Counted from the first letter of the stretch, positions 12,150 through 26,700 are shown. The stretch is 64,000 bases of DNA from Malacoraja senta (GCA_038087875.1 JAXLNO010000320.1:186001-250000); one strand, 5' to 3'. Program-made: numbers and translations. Notes: generated by a model not told the origin, from the letters alone.

Positions 12150-14000
12150 GGAGATCAATAAATAACATTTTTGCATCAGTCTTTACAGTGGAAGACACCA
12201 GCAGTGTGCCTACAATGCTAGAGAGTCAGGGGGTGGAAGTTAGTGGAGTGGCGATTACCAAGGAGAAGGCACTAGGAAAACAGAAAGGTCTGAGAGTGGA
12301 TGTCACCTGGACTGGATGGACTGCACCCCAGGGTTCTGAAGGTGGCCTTAGTGTCACTAAAGTTTGGAAATAGAAAATTGCAAATATCACCCTGCTGCAC
12401 AAGGGAGCAAAGCAGAACAGAAACTATAGGCTGGTTAGCCTGACTTCTGTGGTTGGTAAGATTCTAGAGTCAATTATAAAGGATGACATTATGCAGTACT
12501 TAGAAGTTCAAAATAAAATAGACCATAAAGTCAGCATGGTTTTGTGATGGGGAGATATTGTCTGATGAATCTGCGGGAGTTCTTTGAGGACGTTAATAGC
12601 AAGACAGAGGGGAGGGAGTCTGTAGATGTTTACCTAGATTTTTTGAGAAGACCTTCGATAGGGTGCCGCACGTTAGGCTGTTGGGAAGACGAATGTCCAT
12701 GGTATTAAAGGGAAGGGAAGATACTAGCATAGATAGTGGGTTGGCTGGATGGCAGAAGGCAAAGAGTTTAAATAAAAGACACTTGTTCAGGTTGGCTGCC
12801 AGTGACTAGCGGCGTTCCCCCGGTGCTGGGGCCGCTTCTCTTCATGTTGTACATTAATGATTTGGACAAGGATGTTTCGGATATTCTGTTTAAGAATAAG
12901 CGGTAAGCCATTTAGAACAGAGATGAGGCACACTTTTTCACACAGAGTTGTGAGTCTGTGGAAATCTGCCTCAGAGGGCAGTGGCGGCCGGTTCTCTGGA
13001 TACTTTCAAGATAGAGCTAGATGGGGCTCTTAAAGATAGTGGAGTCAGGGGATATGGGGAGAAGGCAGGAACGGGGTACTGATTGGGGATGATCAGCCAT
13101 GATCACATTGAATGGCGGTGCTGGCTCGAAGGGCCGAATGGCCTTCTCCTGCGTCTATTGTCTAAGGGGATTGAAGACTTTGTGGCCATTTTTGCAGATG
13201 ATGCTAAGATAGGTGGAGGGGCAGGCAGTGTAGAGGAAGTAAGGACTGCAGGAAGAGGTTAGAAAAGTGGGCAGAGAAGTGGCAGATGAAATTCAGTATC
13301 ACATAGTGCAGAGTCATGCATTTTGGTAATAAGAATAAAGAGCAAGAATCCAGAAATCAGAGGTGCAAAGTGACTTGGGAGTGCTGGTGCAGGATTCCCA
13401 AGAAGTCGAATCGGTAGTAAGGAAGGCAAAATTCAATGCTAGCATTTATATCAAGAGGACAGGAATACAAAAACAGAGATATAATGCTGAGGCTCTATAA
13501 GGCACTTGTCAGGCCACATCTGGAGTACTGTGAGCAAATTTGGGCCCATATCCATGGATGGATATGCTGGCTCTGGAGAGGGTCCACAGGTGGTTTACAA
13601 GAACGATGAGTGTTTGACAGCACTAGGCCTCTACTCGCTGGAGTTTAGAAGGTTGAGGGGGGGACTTCATTGAAACTTACAGAATAATGAAAGGCATAGA
13701 GTGGATGTGGAGGTCATAGATTCAGAATTAAAGGGTGCTATTTTAGAAAGGTGACGAGGAACTTCTTTAGTCAGAGGGTAGTTAATCTGTGGAACTCATT
13801 GCCACGGAGGACTGGAGGCCAAGTCAGTGGATATTTTTTTTAAGGCAGATGTAGACAAATTCTTGATTAGAAATTTTTGTCATAGGTTATGCGGGAGAAG
13901 GCAGGAAAATGGGATTAGGAGGCATATATCAGCCATGATTGAATGGCAGAGTAGACGCAATGGGCCGAATAGCCTAATTCTACTCTTTTAACTTGTGAAC
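12150..14000 (+). mobile_element. Degraded CR1, with a younger CR1 3' end (~12872-13162) nested inside
   Basis: RT motifs in broken frames; the outer RT resumes after the inner tail with a short aagg duplication. Confidence 0.8.
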
Positions 14001-14859
14001 TTGAGTGCGTCACATCAAGCTTAGTCCCTGGACCAATGCAGAAAACATAATTTCCTGTGATCCGCAATGCCTGGTTAGATGCAGAAGTGATCCAAAAGCG
14101 AGATCATGATGGCTATGCAAGAGTGATAGGAAAAGGGAAATAATTAAGAGTAAATGAGAGTTGATAAGCAAGGGAAAATGTAACTTAAACCCCAACTTAA
14201 CCAACATTAAAAAGTTGAACATGCTGTAGAAATGCATCTCCCTGTATGCAGTGACTCTTATCAGCCCCACAGGCTGCAGAAGCTTTGTGTTCATTTCAGG
14301 CCAGAATAGACCAACAAGATTAATGATCAAAAGCAAGAACCTTATGAGGTTGCTAATCAATTAATATCCAATTTCTTGGTAAAAGCATGGATATGTGTTA
14401 TATTGGATTAACAAGCAAGGCGTGGCCTCACCTCAGCATTTCTACAATTACTGATGCTCAAGTTTTGCGCTAAAGAATACTTTGGAGAGCAGTGGAGATT
14501 GTCTAGCTGATCTATCCAGAGTAGGTGAGGTTCAATCCAATCAAATAGCCAGAATGGATGAGAGCAGTAGCTGGCAAGGAAAGGCTAATGCAAGGGGAAC
14601 CATTCAGCAGTGGGTTTATAGCCCAGACCAGGAATGTTTAGGGAATGACTGCACAACTCAAAGACATCAGGGTGAAGTTCCCCAAGAATAAACCAGTGAA
14701 AATCTACAAAGTGTTGAGCCCAAATTCCTTAATGCATTGTGCAAACCTCAGCGTCAATAGTTTACATCCCTGGAGAAGCTCACAATCAAGAACTCTATGA
14801 ACAGATGCAAATATTATACAATTGAAGATTAGGATTTGTTTTTGCCTGATTGGCCATTG

Positions 14860-15876
14860 TAGGTATGTTACAATACTTACCTTCAGCGGCGCTGCAATTC
14901 TGCCACTGGCCGTGTGCGCGATTTTGGGGCCTTTGAGGGGGGGGCGGGGTTAAAACGCGGGTTTCTCCTACCTTGTCCTGAATTATATTTCGTTGGAGTG
15001 CCAGTGTTTGCTGAAAAATCGTTCCGACGGGCGTTTTCTTATTTTTATTCGATCTACAAGTTCAGCGCTGGAGTCATTTTAAAATCAGCTTCGAAAGCCG
15101 TCAACGGGGACGGATTTCACGCACGGGACAGGTAAACGAAAGCAGTTTATTTTAATGTATAAAAGTGCTTCTTAAGAGGCCTTTAATTCACATTTTTAAA
15201 TGCGAAACGGTGATTCTTTTCCCCGAACTAACGGCAGAATTTTTCATGCCGATACGGGGTTAAATTCACCGCAAATCGACGTTCCAAATGATCGCGTTCC
15301 AGAAAACCCCACTCGCAAGATGATTTAAATGCCCATTAATTTACAGGTATTAAACATTAAATTCCTTCCATTTGGCCTGTAAATCCATGACAATGAGATT
15401 TAAAAATTATGTTATATTGTGAATTCTTGTGTGAATGTTATTTGGACACAGGCTATTTAAAAATGTTAATCTATTCTTAAGAAATTGATAGATGTTTAGA
15501 TCTAGTAATTGAATTTTGTAATTAGCTACAATTAGGTAACTAACTAATTATATGCTTTAATTTCATGTCATCTAAGTAAGATTGTTTCATATTTGTTTCA
15601 GAATGCTTCAATCTATAATAACTGAAAATTTCTTTCAGTTCTCTTAATTTTTAAGAAAGTTATGGGCTTTTGACTGTCCTCGATTTTGTGTTAAGTCAAT
15701 GGAAAAGCAATAGGGAACAAGATGCTAATTTCCGAGTATGAAAATGGCCATAACTTTTTTAATACTGAAGATATGAAAGTGAATTAGGTGTCAAATTAAA
15801 TGTCTTTTTATGCTTTATCTGATGGGATAAATTACAGACTTGATTTTTTAAATCTCAAAATTTTGTAACATTGCTA
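14860..15876. mobile_element. Non-autonomous DNA transposon (~1 kb), superfamily uncertain
   Basis: Imperfect TIR TAGGTATGTTACAA / TTGTAACATTGCTA (12/14); flanking duplication GCCATTG at 14853-14859 and 15877-15883. Confidence 0.85.
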
Positions 15877-16210
15877 GCCATTGTGCTGAATTCTGTAGTC
15901 TGTTAGTCTAGTTAAATAATCAAAAATTAGGTAAACTAGGTTCCAGTACTGGAAAGTAAAGCATAAACTCTGAACAGTTTCTCCTTTCCCTCTCACCCCC
16001 CACCCAACGAGAGTTCAGTCAGTTGGCAGATATTTAATTTTCAGCCAACTGACCAATGTCTCAGTGACTTGTCACCCCCCCCCCCCACCAGCTCGAAGGG
16101 CAGTTTTTAAATATCAAGGCTTCACAACTTCACTAAAAATTCCAAACGCAGTGAGGATTTGCAGTGAATAGCAATGTGAACCGTGACTGTGGCTTCAGGC
16201 ACAGGTGATC

Positions 16211-16475
16211 AGTTTACTTTAGCGATACAGTGCAGAAACAGGCCAGTTGGCCCACTAAGCCTATGCCAACCAGATATCCCTGTACACGAGCACCGTCCTA
16301 CACACTAGGGACAATTTTACCAAAGCCCATTAACCTATGTCTTTCGAGAGTTTGGGAGGGAAAATGGAGTACTGGGAGAAAACACAGTCACGGGGAGAAC
16401 GTACAAACTGTACACCCATAGTCCGGCTCCATGTCTCTGGCGTTGCAAGGCAGCAGCTCTACTATTGCGCCACCA
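16211..16475 (-). mobile_element. V-SINE (HE1-like)
   Basis: Reverse complement of the V-domain (ggggagaacgtacaaac) and tRNA head. Confidence 0.7.
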
Positions 16476-16814
16476 TGTCAAAGCATGAAGCAGAACTGCT
16501 GAGATATATGGCAAGGTACATTACAACCTGGTGCTTGCCTCCATCTTGTACAAAAAGTAGAGAATGGAGCTCAACTCAAACCAGCATTCGATCAGGGCTC
16601 GGATCTGGATCAGCAGGTGACATGATGGGTGATTCTGCAGTTTCAGATACTGACACTTTGCACAAATCTAAGTTGCAGGCTGGTAAATCAACAATGCTGG
16701 CTTCCAGTATGCTGCTGCCACATGTTTAAAATGCCAGCAGGATAGATGCTCTTAAACCAAAACAGTGTTTAGATAATAAAATGTGAGGCAGCTTCCACAT
16801 AGTGGAGGAGATTT

Positions 16815-16820
16815 TTTATT
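16815..16820 (-). terminator. ATP6V0C polyadenylation signal (probable)
   Basis: TTTATT on + = AATAAA on -, ~545 nt past the stop codon. Confidence 0.65.
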
Positions 16821-17361
16821 TGGAAACATCAGAAGTGTGAAGCCCACAGCTGGTTGCACACCTTATGATTAGCCATACATTTTACTACTGGAAACATTTA
16901 CATGTGTCTCAGGATGTTAAAAACACAAGTAGAACTCACTCCAATACCAGTACACAAAAGGACTATGATCAGATCCAATCGTTACCAATTATTACATCCA
17001 AGGAGATCTGAGCAACACAGTTACTGACAGTGCAACAATCTACTATATCATGGGGACTCCAGAAATCTTGCTCCATTATAATAATGTATGTATCTTAAAT
17101 AAAATCCAGTGAAAAGAAATGAAACTTACAATTCTAATTTAATCCGAGTGCTCTTCAACTGTAATATGGATTGGAAATTGCACACGTGTTTAGGAGCCAC
17201 TAAACCCAGCTCTTAAAACCAAATTCAATACCTAACACACACACGACAGACAAATCACTAACATTGTGCATTTACAAGAGATTGACTACCAAATTGAGAC
17301 AACTGTACACATTCTGGAGTTAAGACCATTAGAATGGAGCTGAATGTTATATTTGTGAGAT

Positions 17362-17566
17362 TTATTTTGTGGAAAGGATCAGAGCAACAATCAAGCCATA
17401 CAGACCCAACACTTCAGCAAAAATAAGGATGAGGATCATTCCGACAAATAACCTCGGCTGCTGTGCAGTTCCTCGTACTCCAGCATCACCTACTATGCCA
17501 ATAGCAAAGCCGGCAGCAAGACCACTCAGTCCCACGCTCAATCCAGCACCTAGCTGCAGGAAGCTC
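17362..17566 (-). CDS. ATP6V0C: V-ATPase 16-kDa proteolipid subunit c, exon 3
   Basis: acag|G AGC...; [67 protein letters not shown]; includes the proton-carrying Glu in FAEVL. Confidence 0.98.
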
Positions 17567-20500
17567 CTGTAACACAAGAAAAAATGTTTAAACCGTTCGA
17601 CCTGCTGAGAAAGCTAGAGACCACACATCAATGGCTCGAGTTGTTCTGTTGTAGAGTAACACCAAGTGAATGTTCACACTGACTTTACACTCAGAGCTCC
17701 TTTAGTCTATGGTCACCACAGGCTAGTGCGAGTACTGAGGCATGGTCACAGGCCAGAATAACGCACTGCAGGCGGGGAATGTCACATCTTTACATTTGGA
17801 ATGAAGCCCACATTCAGGAGATGTGGGCATGTTTAAAGCCATGGAGATGAGTTACCAATGTACTAGTCGGGTTAATAATTATCCACAGACATGCAACATA
17901 CACAAAAGGAATTCCAAAGGATCTGCGCAGAAGGTCCACGATGGATGTTAGATTTAAGAAGGTGCACATGGAACACAGATCTAGTCCTGCAGGATGACAA
18001 GAATCTGAATGTAGACAGCAGCAAATTTAACTAGGTGACTTCTACATTGTGATTCAATCAAACAGGTCAGAGAATACCCTGGTTCAATGAAACTAACATC
18101 ATTGATCTAGCAGAATTTCTAGTCATGGGTTCTTTCACACAAACTTCACTATAGAGCTCAAAATTTAACGGCAAGGGCAAAGTTCAGTAACTCGTGCTAT
18201 TATTAACTAGGGCGAGGTCAAATGTTTGCGAACTACACTGAATGATGCATGTAGATGATATCAATGGCAATTCTGATGTCTGATAAAGTATTTAATACCC
18301 ATAATCACCCACTCTAATCAAATGTTACAACTAGAAGGTTTAAAGCCAATATTACTATAATATGTGTAGGAAGGAACTACGGATGCTGGTTTACACCGAA
18401 GATATACAAAATGCTGGAGTAACTCAGCGGGTCAGGCAGCACCTCTACAATATGGTTACATTGGTAACCTGCAGAGATTTCTAATCAAGCAGATAGCCAG
18501 CTTTACTGTAAAAAAGACAACCATATATTGTTTCCAGAGAATATGCAATATCTCTGCTGGTAGAGCTGCAGCAGAGGCACTATCCCGATAGCTGGTGCGA
18601 AAACCTGCCTGCCCAGCATGGACTCCAAGCTGCACCCTGGACAACGCAAGCGCAGGACATCCCCAAGTCATGTCAGTGCTTCTCCATGTGGAGAGATCAA
18701 GTGAATCCAGTGCTCCCAGCCCGGCGAGCTTGCTGCTGGAGACATCTGATCTCGGGAAACTATACAGCAAAAAAGACAGAGCAGCTCAAAATCCCACATT
18801 GTAGCACCTAGCAGCCATACCACCCACCCTTGCCTGCCCAACAACCCTCACATGAGCCCTGGAGCTTCCTTGCTGGGTTCAGATATTATGGCTGTGCTGT
18901 AAACCTCCTTGTATAATGACAACAGAGATTCCATTAGCCATCTTAATTCCAAAATTATACCTTATCTTTGACAGAGGTACCACTAAAGACCTCAACAAAT
19001 ACACGAAGGTAAAAAAAAGCTGTAATAGCATCACAGATGTCTCTACCCAACAATGACATCAGGATAAACAGGAATTGCTGAATTCAACATCTATTGTTAC
19101 ACGATCGATACCGATTAATACATCGAGGTAGCAAGAGCTCCTGTATCACAATATTAGTCCCAATCTCAGTTTTGTGCAAAGGGCAGATGCTCAAAGATAT
19201 GAATTCTTACACAAGAACTTACTCCATATTTACTTAACTGCTGCTACTGATTAATTGAACAAGCAATCCTCAGCAGACCCAAACCAATCGACAGGTAGCA
19301 CTAATCAATTGATTCTTTTCTCACCGCACAACTACGCTGAAGGGAACAGCACCACAATATTTTACAAACAGTAGCAACAAGGCTCCAAACACTTTAGTGA
19401 ATTTCCTCTGCACAATTCAGAAGCATCACCTAACTAGACCTTGAACTCAGCACTGCAGCAAGATGGGTCTCAACCCAAAACGTCACCTATTCCTTTTCTC
19501 CAGAGATGCTGTATGACCCGCTGAGTTACTCCAGCTTTTTGTGTATATCTTTGGTTTACACCAGCATCTGCAGTTCCTTCCTACATAGATTCATTTGGTG
19601 CCTGGTTTCTAACAGCAGTCACCACCTAAAAATGCAAAAAGGTAATTTGAAAAAGGCTCTAGAAAAAGGTTCCATCTCCTAGCTCAGGGAAATAATGTAT
19701 TTGGGGCCAATTCATCCAAGCACCAAACCACAAACTCGAGTTTTCACTATACAATAAAATATCCTTTGCCAATTCCCTGGTAGCCCCAATATCCCATTCT
19801 ACAACTGTAGAAATATATATATATATTTAAAATAATGCCCGTCCCTGCCCAGTTGTGGATACTAGTTAGATCCTCATTAGGAGATGTCTGCAAGATCAAA
19901 TGTTCTTGTCACTTCAAGTACACCTACAGCAATCTATTTAGAGCCAGAATGCTCCTCTGGAATAACATGCACAACATCCAAGCCAAAGTAAAGCTAAAAA
20001 GACTAAAGCAAACTGCAGGCTACATGACACCACACCTCAAAGGTTACTTGCAAAACATCAGGTGCTTCTCCAATTTGGCTCCACCTCTGCCACAGAATCA
20101 ATGATAGTATTTACTTGCCACTAAATTATAAAGCACCAGTGAGGCAAAGAGATTAAAGTGTACAGCTACCACTTAAAATGGTGTATTTTGCCCTTAACAA
20201 ATTGTTTCGGGCAATCACAGCTGCCATCTTGATTTCTGGACATTAAAATAAACCAATTTTAAACAGTGCTGTCTGCTACTTGGCCCATTCTAATACTGTA
20301 CCCACCAATATGCCAATTTCAGAATACTACTCTTGTTTTGAAGACAAAGTCCCAGAGCTTCCCTTCCATTCCCCTCTTTCTCATACCCACTCTGCTCCCT
20401 GCCACCCCAGTCCTTTCCATCTACTTTTGTCAAAGGCCTTTAAAATTATTTGACATGCTCTGCCCTGCAATTACTGCCAACCCTTTCTTTAGGTATCGTG

Positions 20501-20595
20501 GAGCAGCTTATATGATACCCACAAATACCCCAATACCAAGGCAGTTTGTAGATCCATTACCACCAAGATGGCGGCTTACAATCATCTAAATGAAT

Positions 20596-20866
20596 AGTTC
20601 AAGTTCAAGTGAGTTTATTGTCATGTGTCCCTGATAGGACAATGAAATTCTTGCTTTGCTTCAGCACACAGAACATAGTAGGCATTTACTACAAAACAGA
20701 TCAGCTTGTCCATATATCATTCTATAAATATATACACACATGAATAAATAGACTGATAAAGCTATAGCAGATCATGGGTTATTAATGATCAGAGTTTTGT
20801 CTGAGCCAGGTTTAATAGCCTGATGGCTGTGGGGAAGTAGCTATTCCTGAACCTGGTTGTTGCAGG
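20596..20866 (-). mobile_element. Rex1/Babar-like LINE 3' end
   Basis: Encodes TTRFRNSYFPTAIRLLN; tail ...gaatttcattgtcc...gacaataaac(ttgaac)n. Confidence 0.75.
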
Positions 20867-21058
20867 TAAGCCCAAAACGCAAGCACCCTGGGAAAGACGA
20901 ACATTAAAGCTTCAGGTTGCAGGTTCTGGAGGCAGTCTGATCTTGACTCAGTATGAATGTCACCTTTCTACAACACCCATAACTATTCACTTCCTTATGC
21001 TGACAAAATTAGTTAATTTAATACAACAACCTGTGAAATATCCGAGCGAGAGACTTAC

Positions 21059-21242
21059 TTGAATAATGTTATCTTTTCTGTGAGTGAGTTGGCAATTAGC
21101 ACTGCCACCACCAGTCCATAGATAGCAATGATACCTGCCATGACGACAGGGATGATGGATTTCATGATTAGTTCAGGCCTCATGACGGACATGGCAGCAA
21201 TTCCTGTACCACTCTTAGCCGTTCCATAGGCCGCTCCTAGAG
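21059..21242 (-). CDS. ATP6V0C: ATP6V0C exon 2, 184 bp
   Basis: tag|CT...AA|gtaagt; (A)[60 protein letters not shown](K). Confidence 0.98.
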
Positions 21243-22403
21243 CTATAGAGGAAAGAGACTAATTAAACACTTGTTCAAATCCAATATATTCCCAGTTGTA
21301 CAAGATGCTTTGAATGGTTCACACGTTGAAAAGAAACTGGTACATTAGTTGCAACACTACTCGGGAGCAAGTCAGATCAGTGGTAACTGGAAGCAGAAGC
21401 TAGAGAAATTATTAATCAACATAATTCAGTGTACTGCTTCCACAGATCTGCAGTGCGCACAGGAAGGCAGCAGATGGTCGAGTCAGCTGCGATCGTTGTT
21501 ACTGGCAGATCATCCATTTTAACTAGTATACAACTGCAATATTGAGCAGGAGAGAAAGGAGAATCCAAAAATCCCCCAGATTAATGTCAATATAACCCAT
21601 CCTCCCCTCAACCATCATTTCTTTTATAGAAAATATTCAATTTTAACCAATTGAATTTTACAAAGATTAGTGCTAGTGTCTTATTTTGCAATATTAATAC
21701 GGATCCACCACCAATTTTCCGGCAACTTGTGGTCTGGCACCTACTTTAAACCAGACAAAATTACAAGACCACACTTAAAATCCTCCCCGGATTTCCCCCT
21801 TGAAGGTGTAGCACCAAGGCAGAGGCAGCCAATCTCAACTCATCAGAACTTCTGCAGCTGTGATTCTGGAACTCCATCCCAGCCAGAACCAGCAGAACTG
21901 TTCCCATAGCCGGTGGCCTAGGCAAATCATTCCAGTACCACTCTGCGTCTCGGAGGCCGTGATCTCTGATGATCTAGCAAAACGGATAATCCAGCAAGGC
22001 TCTGGAACAAAGGGTGCCAAAAAATCGATGGTGGACCTGTAATTTAGATGAAAATGCCAGTGGTTTAATTAGCAAATTTGCAGACAAAAATGGGAATTGG
22101 GGAAAGTGAGGAAGGTGGCTAAAGGATAGCAGGATATAGATCAATTGTAAATGGAGTTTAATGCAACCAACTGAGGTAATTCATTTGGGAATTCAAATGC
22201 TAGAAGTATATAGTAAATGGCAGGACCCTTATGAGCATATAGAGGGATCTTGGGGCACAAGCCTATAGCTCTCTGAAAGTGGCAATAGAGGTGGATAAGC
22301 TAGTAGAGAAGGTCTGGCTAACGAGTGAGGAAGTCATGCTGCAGCTGCGTAAAACCTTGGATAGGCCACATGTGGAGTATCATGCACAGTGTGACAAGGT
22401 CTG

Positions 22404-22853
22404 GCTTAGGTCTTTATTCTTTGGAGCGCAGAAGGTTAAGAGGGGACTTGATAGAGGTCTTTAAAATTATGAGCGGGTTAGACAGAGTGGACGTGGATAA
22501 GCTTTTCCCATTGAGAGTAGGGAAGATTCAAACAAGGGGACATGACTTGAGAATTAAGGGACAGAAGTTTAGGGGGAACATTAGGGAGAACTTCTTTACT
22601 CAGAGAGTGGTAGCTGTGTGGAATGAGCTTCCAGTGGAAGTGGTGGAGGCAGGTTCGATGTTATCCTTTAAAAATAGATTGGATGGGTATGTGGACGGGA
22701 AAGGAATGGAGGGTTATGGTCTGAGTGCAGGTAGATGGGACTAGGAGGAAGTATTTATTTTTAATTAAAGAAAAAAAATTTAAAAAAATGTTCGGCACGG
22801 ACTTGAAGGGCCGAAATGGCCCGTTTCCGTGCTGTTATGGTTATATGGTTATA
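22404..22853 (+). mobile_element. Young CR1 3' fragment inside an older CR1 remnant
   Basis: LGLYSLERRRLRGDLIEVFK...GRWD* with (ATGGTTAT)n tail; near-identical to the CR1 at 37425-39209. Confidence 0.88.
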
Positions 22854-23091
22854 AGGATGGAGTGTGGGGAGGGTGAAGCAAAGTGATTTGTGTGTTTCAC
22901 TTCAAGGAAAGAATGAACAACCCAGATTGTTTTCTCTGGAGCAAAGGCTGAAGGGCAACTTTGCAGGAATACGTTTATCACAAGGGGCAAAATTAATGGA
23001 AATGCGCAAAGCTACACACAGGTTGCCTGGAATGTGTTGCCAGCGGAGGTAGGAGCTTCTGATCGCAGGACAGACGTATCACTAGCATATT

Positions 23092-23755
23092 GAAGGGCGG
23101 CGCTGGCGGCGGCCCCTGCAGTCCGTCTGTCCTTTTTTAATTTTTGTCCTGTCCAATGTGTAGTTTGCTCTGGTTTTTATATTGTTTTTAACTGTATATG
23201 TGGGGGGCGGGGAAACTTTTAATCTCTTCCCTGCACGGGAGACCCGACCTTTCCCTGTCGGGTCTCTGTTGTCGTTGGGGCCTAGCACCGTGGAGCGGCC
23301 TCCAGCCGGAACGACCTGGGGGCTCCAGTCGCAGAGCCTACGGACTTACCATCGTGGGGCTGGCCGGCCTCGGAGCTTGGGGAGCTGTGGTGGTGCGCGG
23401 CTGCGACCAGACTTCGGAGCCTCCAGCTGCAGGCCTGTGGACGCTGACATCGGGGGGGCTGGTGGGAGACCGCTTTTCGGAGCCCCTGCGGCGGCAGCTT
23501 CTCCCGCCCGAGTTGCGGGGTTGAAAATGACCCGGAGCGGGGCCTGACATCGCCCAGCGCGGCTTTAACGGACGCGGGACTTGCCATCGCCTGCCGGGGG
23601 CTTTAACATCGGGAGAGGATGGAGAGCAGGGGAGACAAGACTTTGCCTTCCATCACAGTGAGGAGATTCACTGTGATTGATGTCTGTGTGAATTGAGTTG
23701 GTTGTGTGTCTTGTAAAATTGTTTCTTTTTGTTGTATGGCTGCAGAAACCAAAGT
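23092..23755 (+). mobile_element. GC-rich non-autonomous structured retroelement, copy 1
   Basis: GGCGGCGCTG head, T-rich tract, G-run+GAAAC, hairpins at 23239-23266 and 23652-23677; homologous to three other copies. Confidence 0.75.
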
Positions 23756-26700
23756 TTTAACTTGTTTATTTAACATCAACCTGCCAAAGGGACTAAAGAT
23801 GGAAATTAGCTACTGGCTATAATCTTGCATATTTACATGCAAATGTTTATTAATATGTTTTAAAAAAAAATTAAAAAATTAAAAATATTTAAAATAGACA
23901 ATAATGTGCCCAAAAACCCGTCCACATTCTGGAGGAATGGCCTGAATTTTCAAGTATGGTTGCCAGGCGTGATGATCTCTGGGAGCACTGCCCACTTGCC
24001 CTCACAACACTCAGCATGGTCCTTTACAAATTGACAGCATTGCTGGAGCTGCGACAGGCCAAAATCAGCATTCTACTACTGTGCTCGAAACAAACTGTCT
24101 AAAGGACAACAAGCACTTATCCCCTGGCTAATTTCCCCTCACATCAACTAGAGTCAGAACACAGCAAGTGACCCCACCAGGACAATTTGTAAAGCCTACA
24201 TTTATTGCCTAAAACCCTGGTTGTTAGGACCACCTTCCTGAAGGAATGGTTGCATCAGCATTGCCTAGTTTCTTAGATGAGTGACCACATTCTGAAACTA
24301 TGCCCAACAGTTTTAGACACTTCAGTGAACCATATATCTTGTCAAAGATGCAAATGTTTTAATAACCAGCTCATTCTGGCAAATTCAAGTGCAGGATAAT
24401 TTTTACCATGGAAATGAACCCCCTCAAACCTAGAGAATCCTCAACTACATCCAAAGCAGAATGGTACGCAGTATTCTGGTTGTATGAACACTGCATATTT
24501 ATAGCAACGTGCATTTTATCTCCTTTACCTTCCCGTCTACCCCAAAACCCAAGAATCAAGAGCCAACACTGGTGGCATGCTGCTCGCCAACCTAAGAATG
24601 GTCCATTTACCCAAATGTGTTCTGCAGTTGGCTATGGACCTACAAATTATCTCAATGATTAGCATGGCACCTTTACATTCACTTCTACAATATTGGTCAA
24701 AATTTGTTAGTCAATTTCATGCCTTTGAGCAACACCAAGACCAAAATTAGAAATTCTATTAGCTCTAGCTGAATGGCAATGGACATTACGCCATAGAGCC
24801 AGATGGTTCTATGGCTTTAACTCCACAATCACCCATGGAGTTAGGACTTTGGAACAGGTGGATTATATAAACATTGGCTTTGGTTACAAGTTATTTAAAA
24901 TTTAACCATTTTACAGAATAAAATCCAATAGAAAGTTTAAAGATTGCAGAAAGGAATGCTCAAAATCTCCATATGATCCAGAATATAAAAAGTCTTGGAC
25001 AGGCCTGTTACCACTCAGCCTCTGAAGCCTCAATGCCATCTTTCACCAAAGAGCAAGTTCACTGTGAGAACTACAGCCCACAAGTGTTTTTAATGTCAAT
25101 TTTCAGAGGTTTAGACATAACCAAAATGCACAATTTACTAAACACCATTTACCAATATCCAGGGCAGAGACCATAATCCATGGGACTCTTCCAATTGAAA
25201 CGTGGGTTGGAAAATTACAAATAGGAACAAGTGGTGTACAATGTTTGATCTCAAATCCGTTTGCCATTTGATTGGATCAATTACTCAGTTACTCCACCTT
25301 CAATACAAATCAGAAATACAAACTTGAATGAAAGACTGAGGCATTAGTGCAGCCATTTACAATATAGTCTCAAAAAGATAACAACCCAATCTCTTCGCAT
25401 CACTTTGTCTGCAGGTAGGTTCTTCAAGTACGTCATTACCCCCAACCATCTCCTTTGGTTTCTGACCTATTTATTTCATGCATGCCAAATTAAATCTTCC
25501 CCAGCCTGGTTCCAAAATTAAACACTCTGCCCCATCAAATCTCCACAGCTACAATTTTATAGTCCTTTGGAATATCTTATATCGGCACCTCTCCAATATA
25601 AGCACCTTCACTGGAATTGTTACTAGAATTATGTGCAATACTCAAACTATCATTAAACCTGGAGTTCTAAAATCACCTCAAGCATATACTGGAATCCCTC
25701 AGCTAATATCTCATGGCTTGATCACAACTGCCATGCTACTTAAGGACCTTGGAAGAGCACGCCAAGATGCCTATTCCACCCCTCCTTCATGCAATGTATT
25801 TTAAGCTGTTCTCAAATGCAAGGCTTTTGCCCCATTCCACCAGCCGAATCCTCTTACTTGTTGTTCGCCCAGTACTGGCACAGCCTTCAGTCACACCCAT
25901 TCTCTGGAACTCCCATACCGTTCTTTCAATCTTAAAAAGGATTTGACCTTGCTGCATCATTTCTAATGCTCAATCATTTTCATAAGCCACCTCAGACCAA
26001 CTCTGGGCAACGTGCAATGATTAAAGGTTATAAACCAGAATACAAAACCATTTCAGTAATTTTGTGGGACCTCCACGATTGTGGAATACACTTGTTGAAA
26101 CTACAGAACCAAAACTGGATTAATAAAGCTGTGATTATAGCAATCAGAACAGCATTCCTTTGAACAAAGAGCTGAAGACAAAGCAAATGACAGCATACAA
26201 ATCCAAAGTCAACCAGTTCAACTGGTATCCATTGCCATTTGTTTCCCTAAACTGGGCCATTCCACTTTCAAGGGAGAGGGAATCTTTTAGTTGTGCAAAC
26301 AGATTAAAACCCAAAGTTATTAGTCAGCCCAGGTCAATGTTAGGCGATGTTTTCAACTTCCAAACCAGTTCTAGCAAGTCATAACCAAAGATAACTTTTG
26401 GATTTGGGAAGAACGCGTTTCAACAGCTCAGGACAAGATTATTCTGCTATAGTTTAAGTCTACAGCTGCTTTGAGACAAGAAATAGCAAAAAGTTATTTA
26501 GATCAACTTCAAGGTTAAGGAGACTTACAACATTCCTATCGCTTCCATCTCATTTCCTTGAAACCCACTCATGCACATCAACTCTACTTTGATACTCTTA
26601 CCATGTACAGAAACGGGAGCTGACCAAGTTAGATGCAAGTTTAAGATAAGTGAACAATTCAAATCACAGAACAATGTCATTAAGCGATCTGGCAAATCAT

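Noticed and set aside
20564..20575. Perfect YY1 motif CAAGATGGCGGC in ATP6V0C intron 2
   Set aside because: Isolated motif with no CpG island or other support
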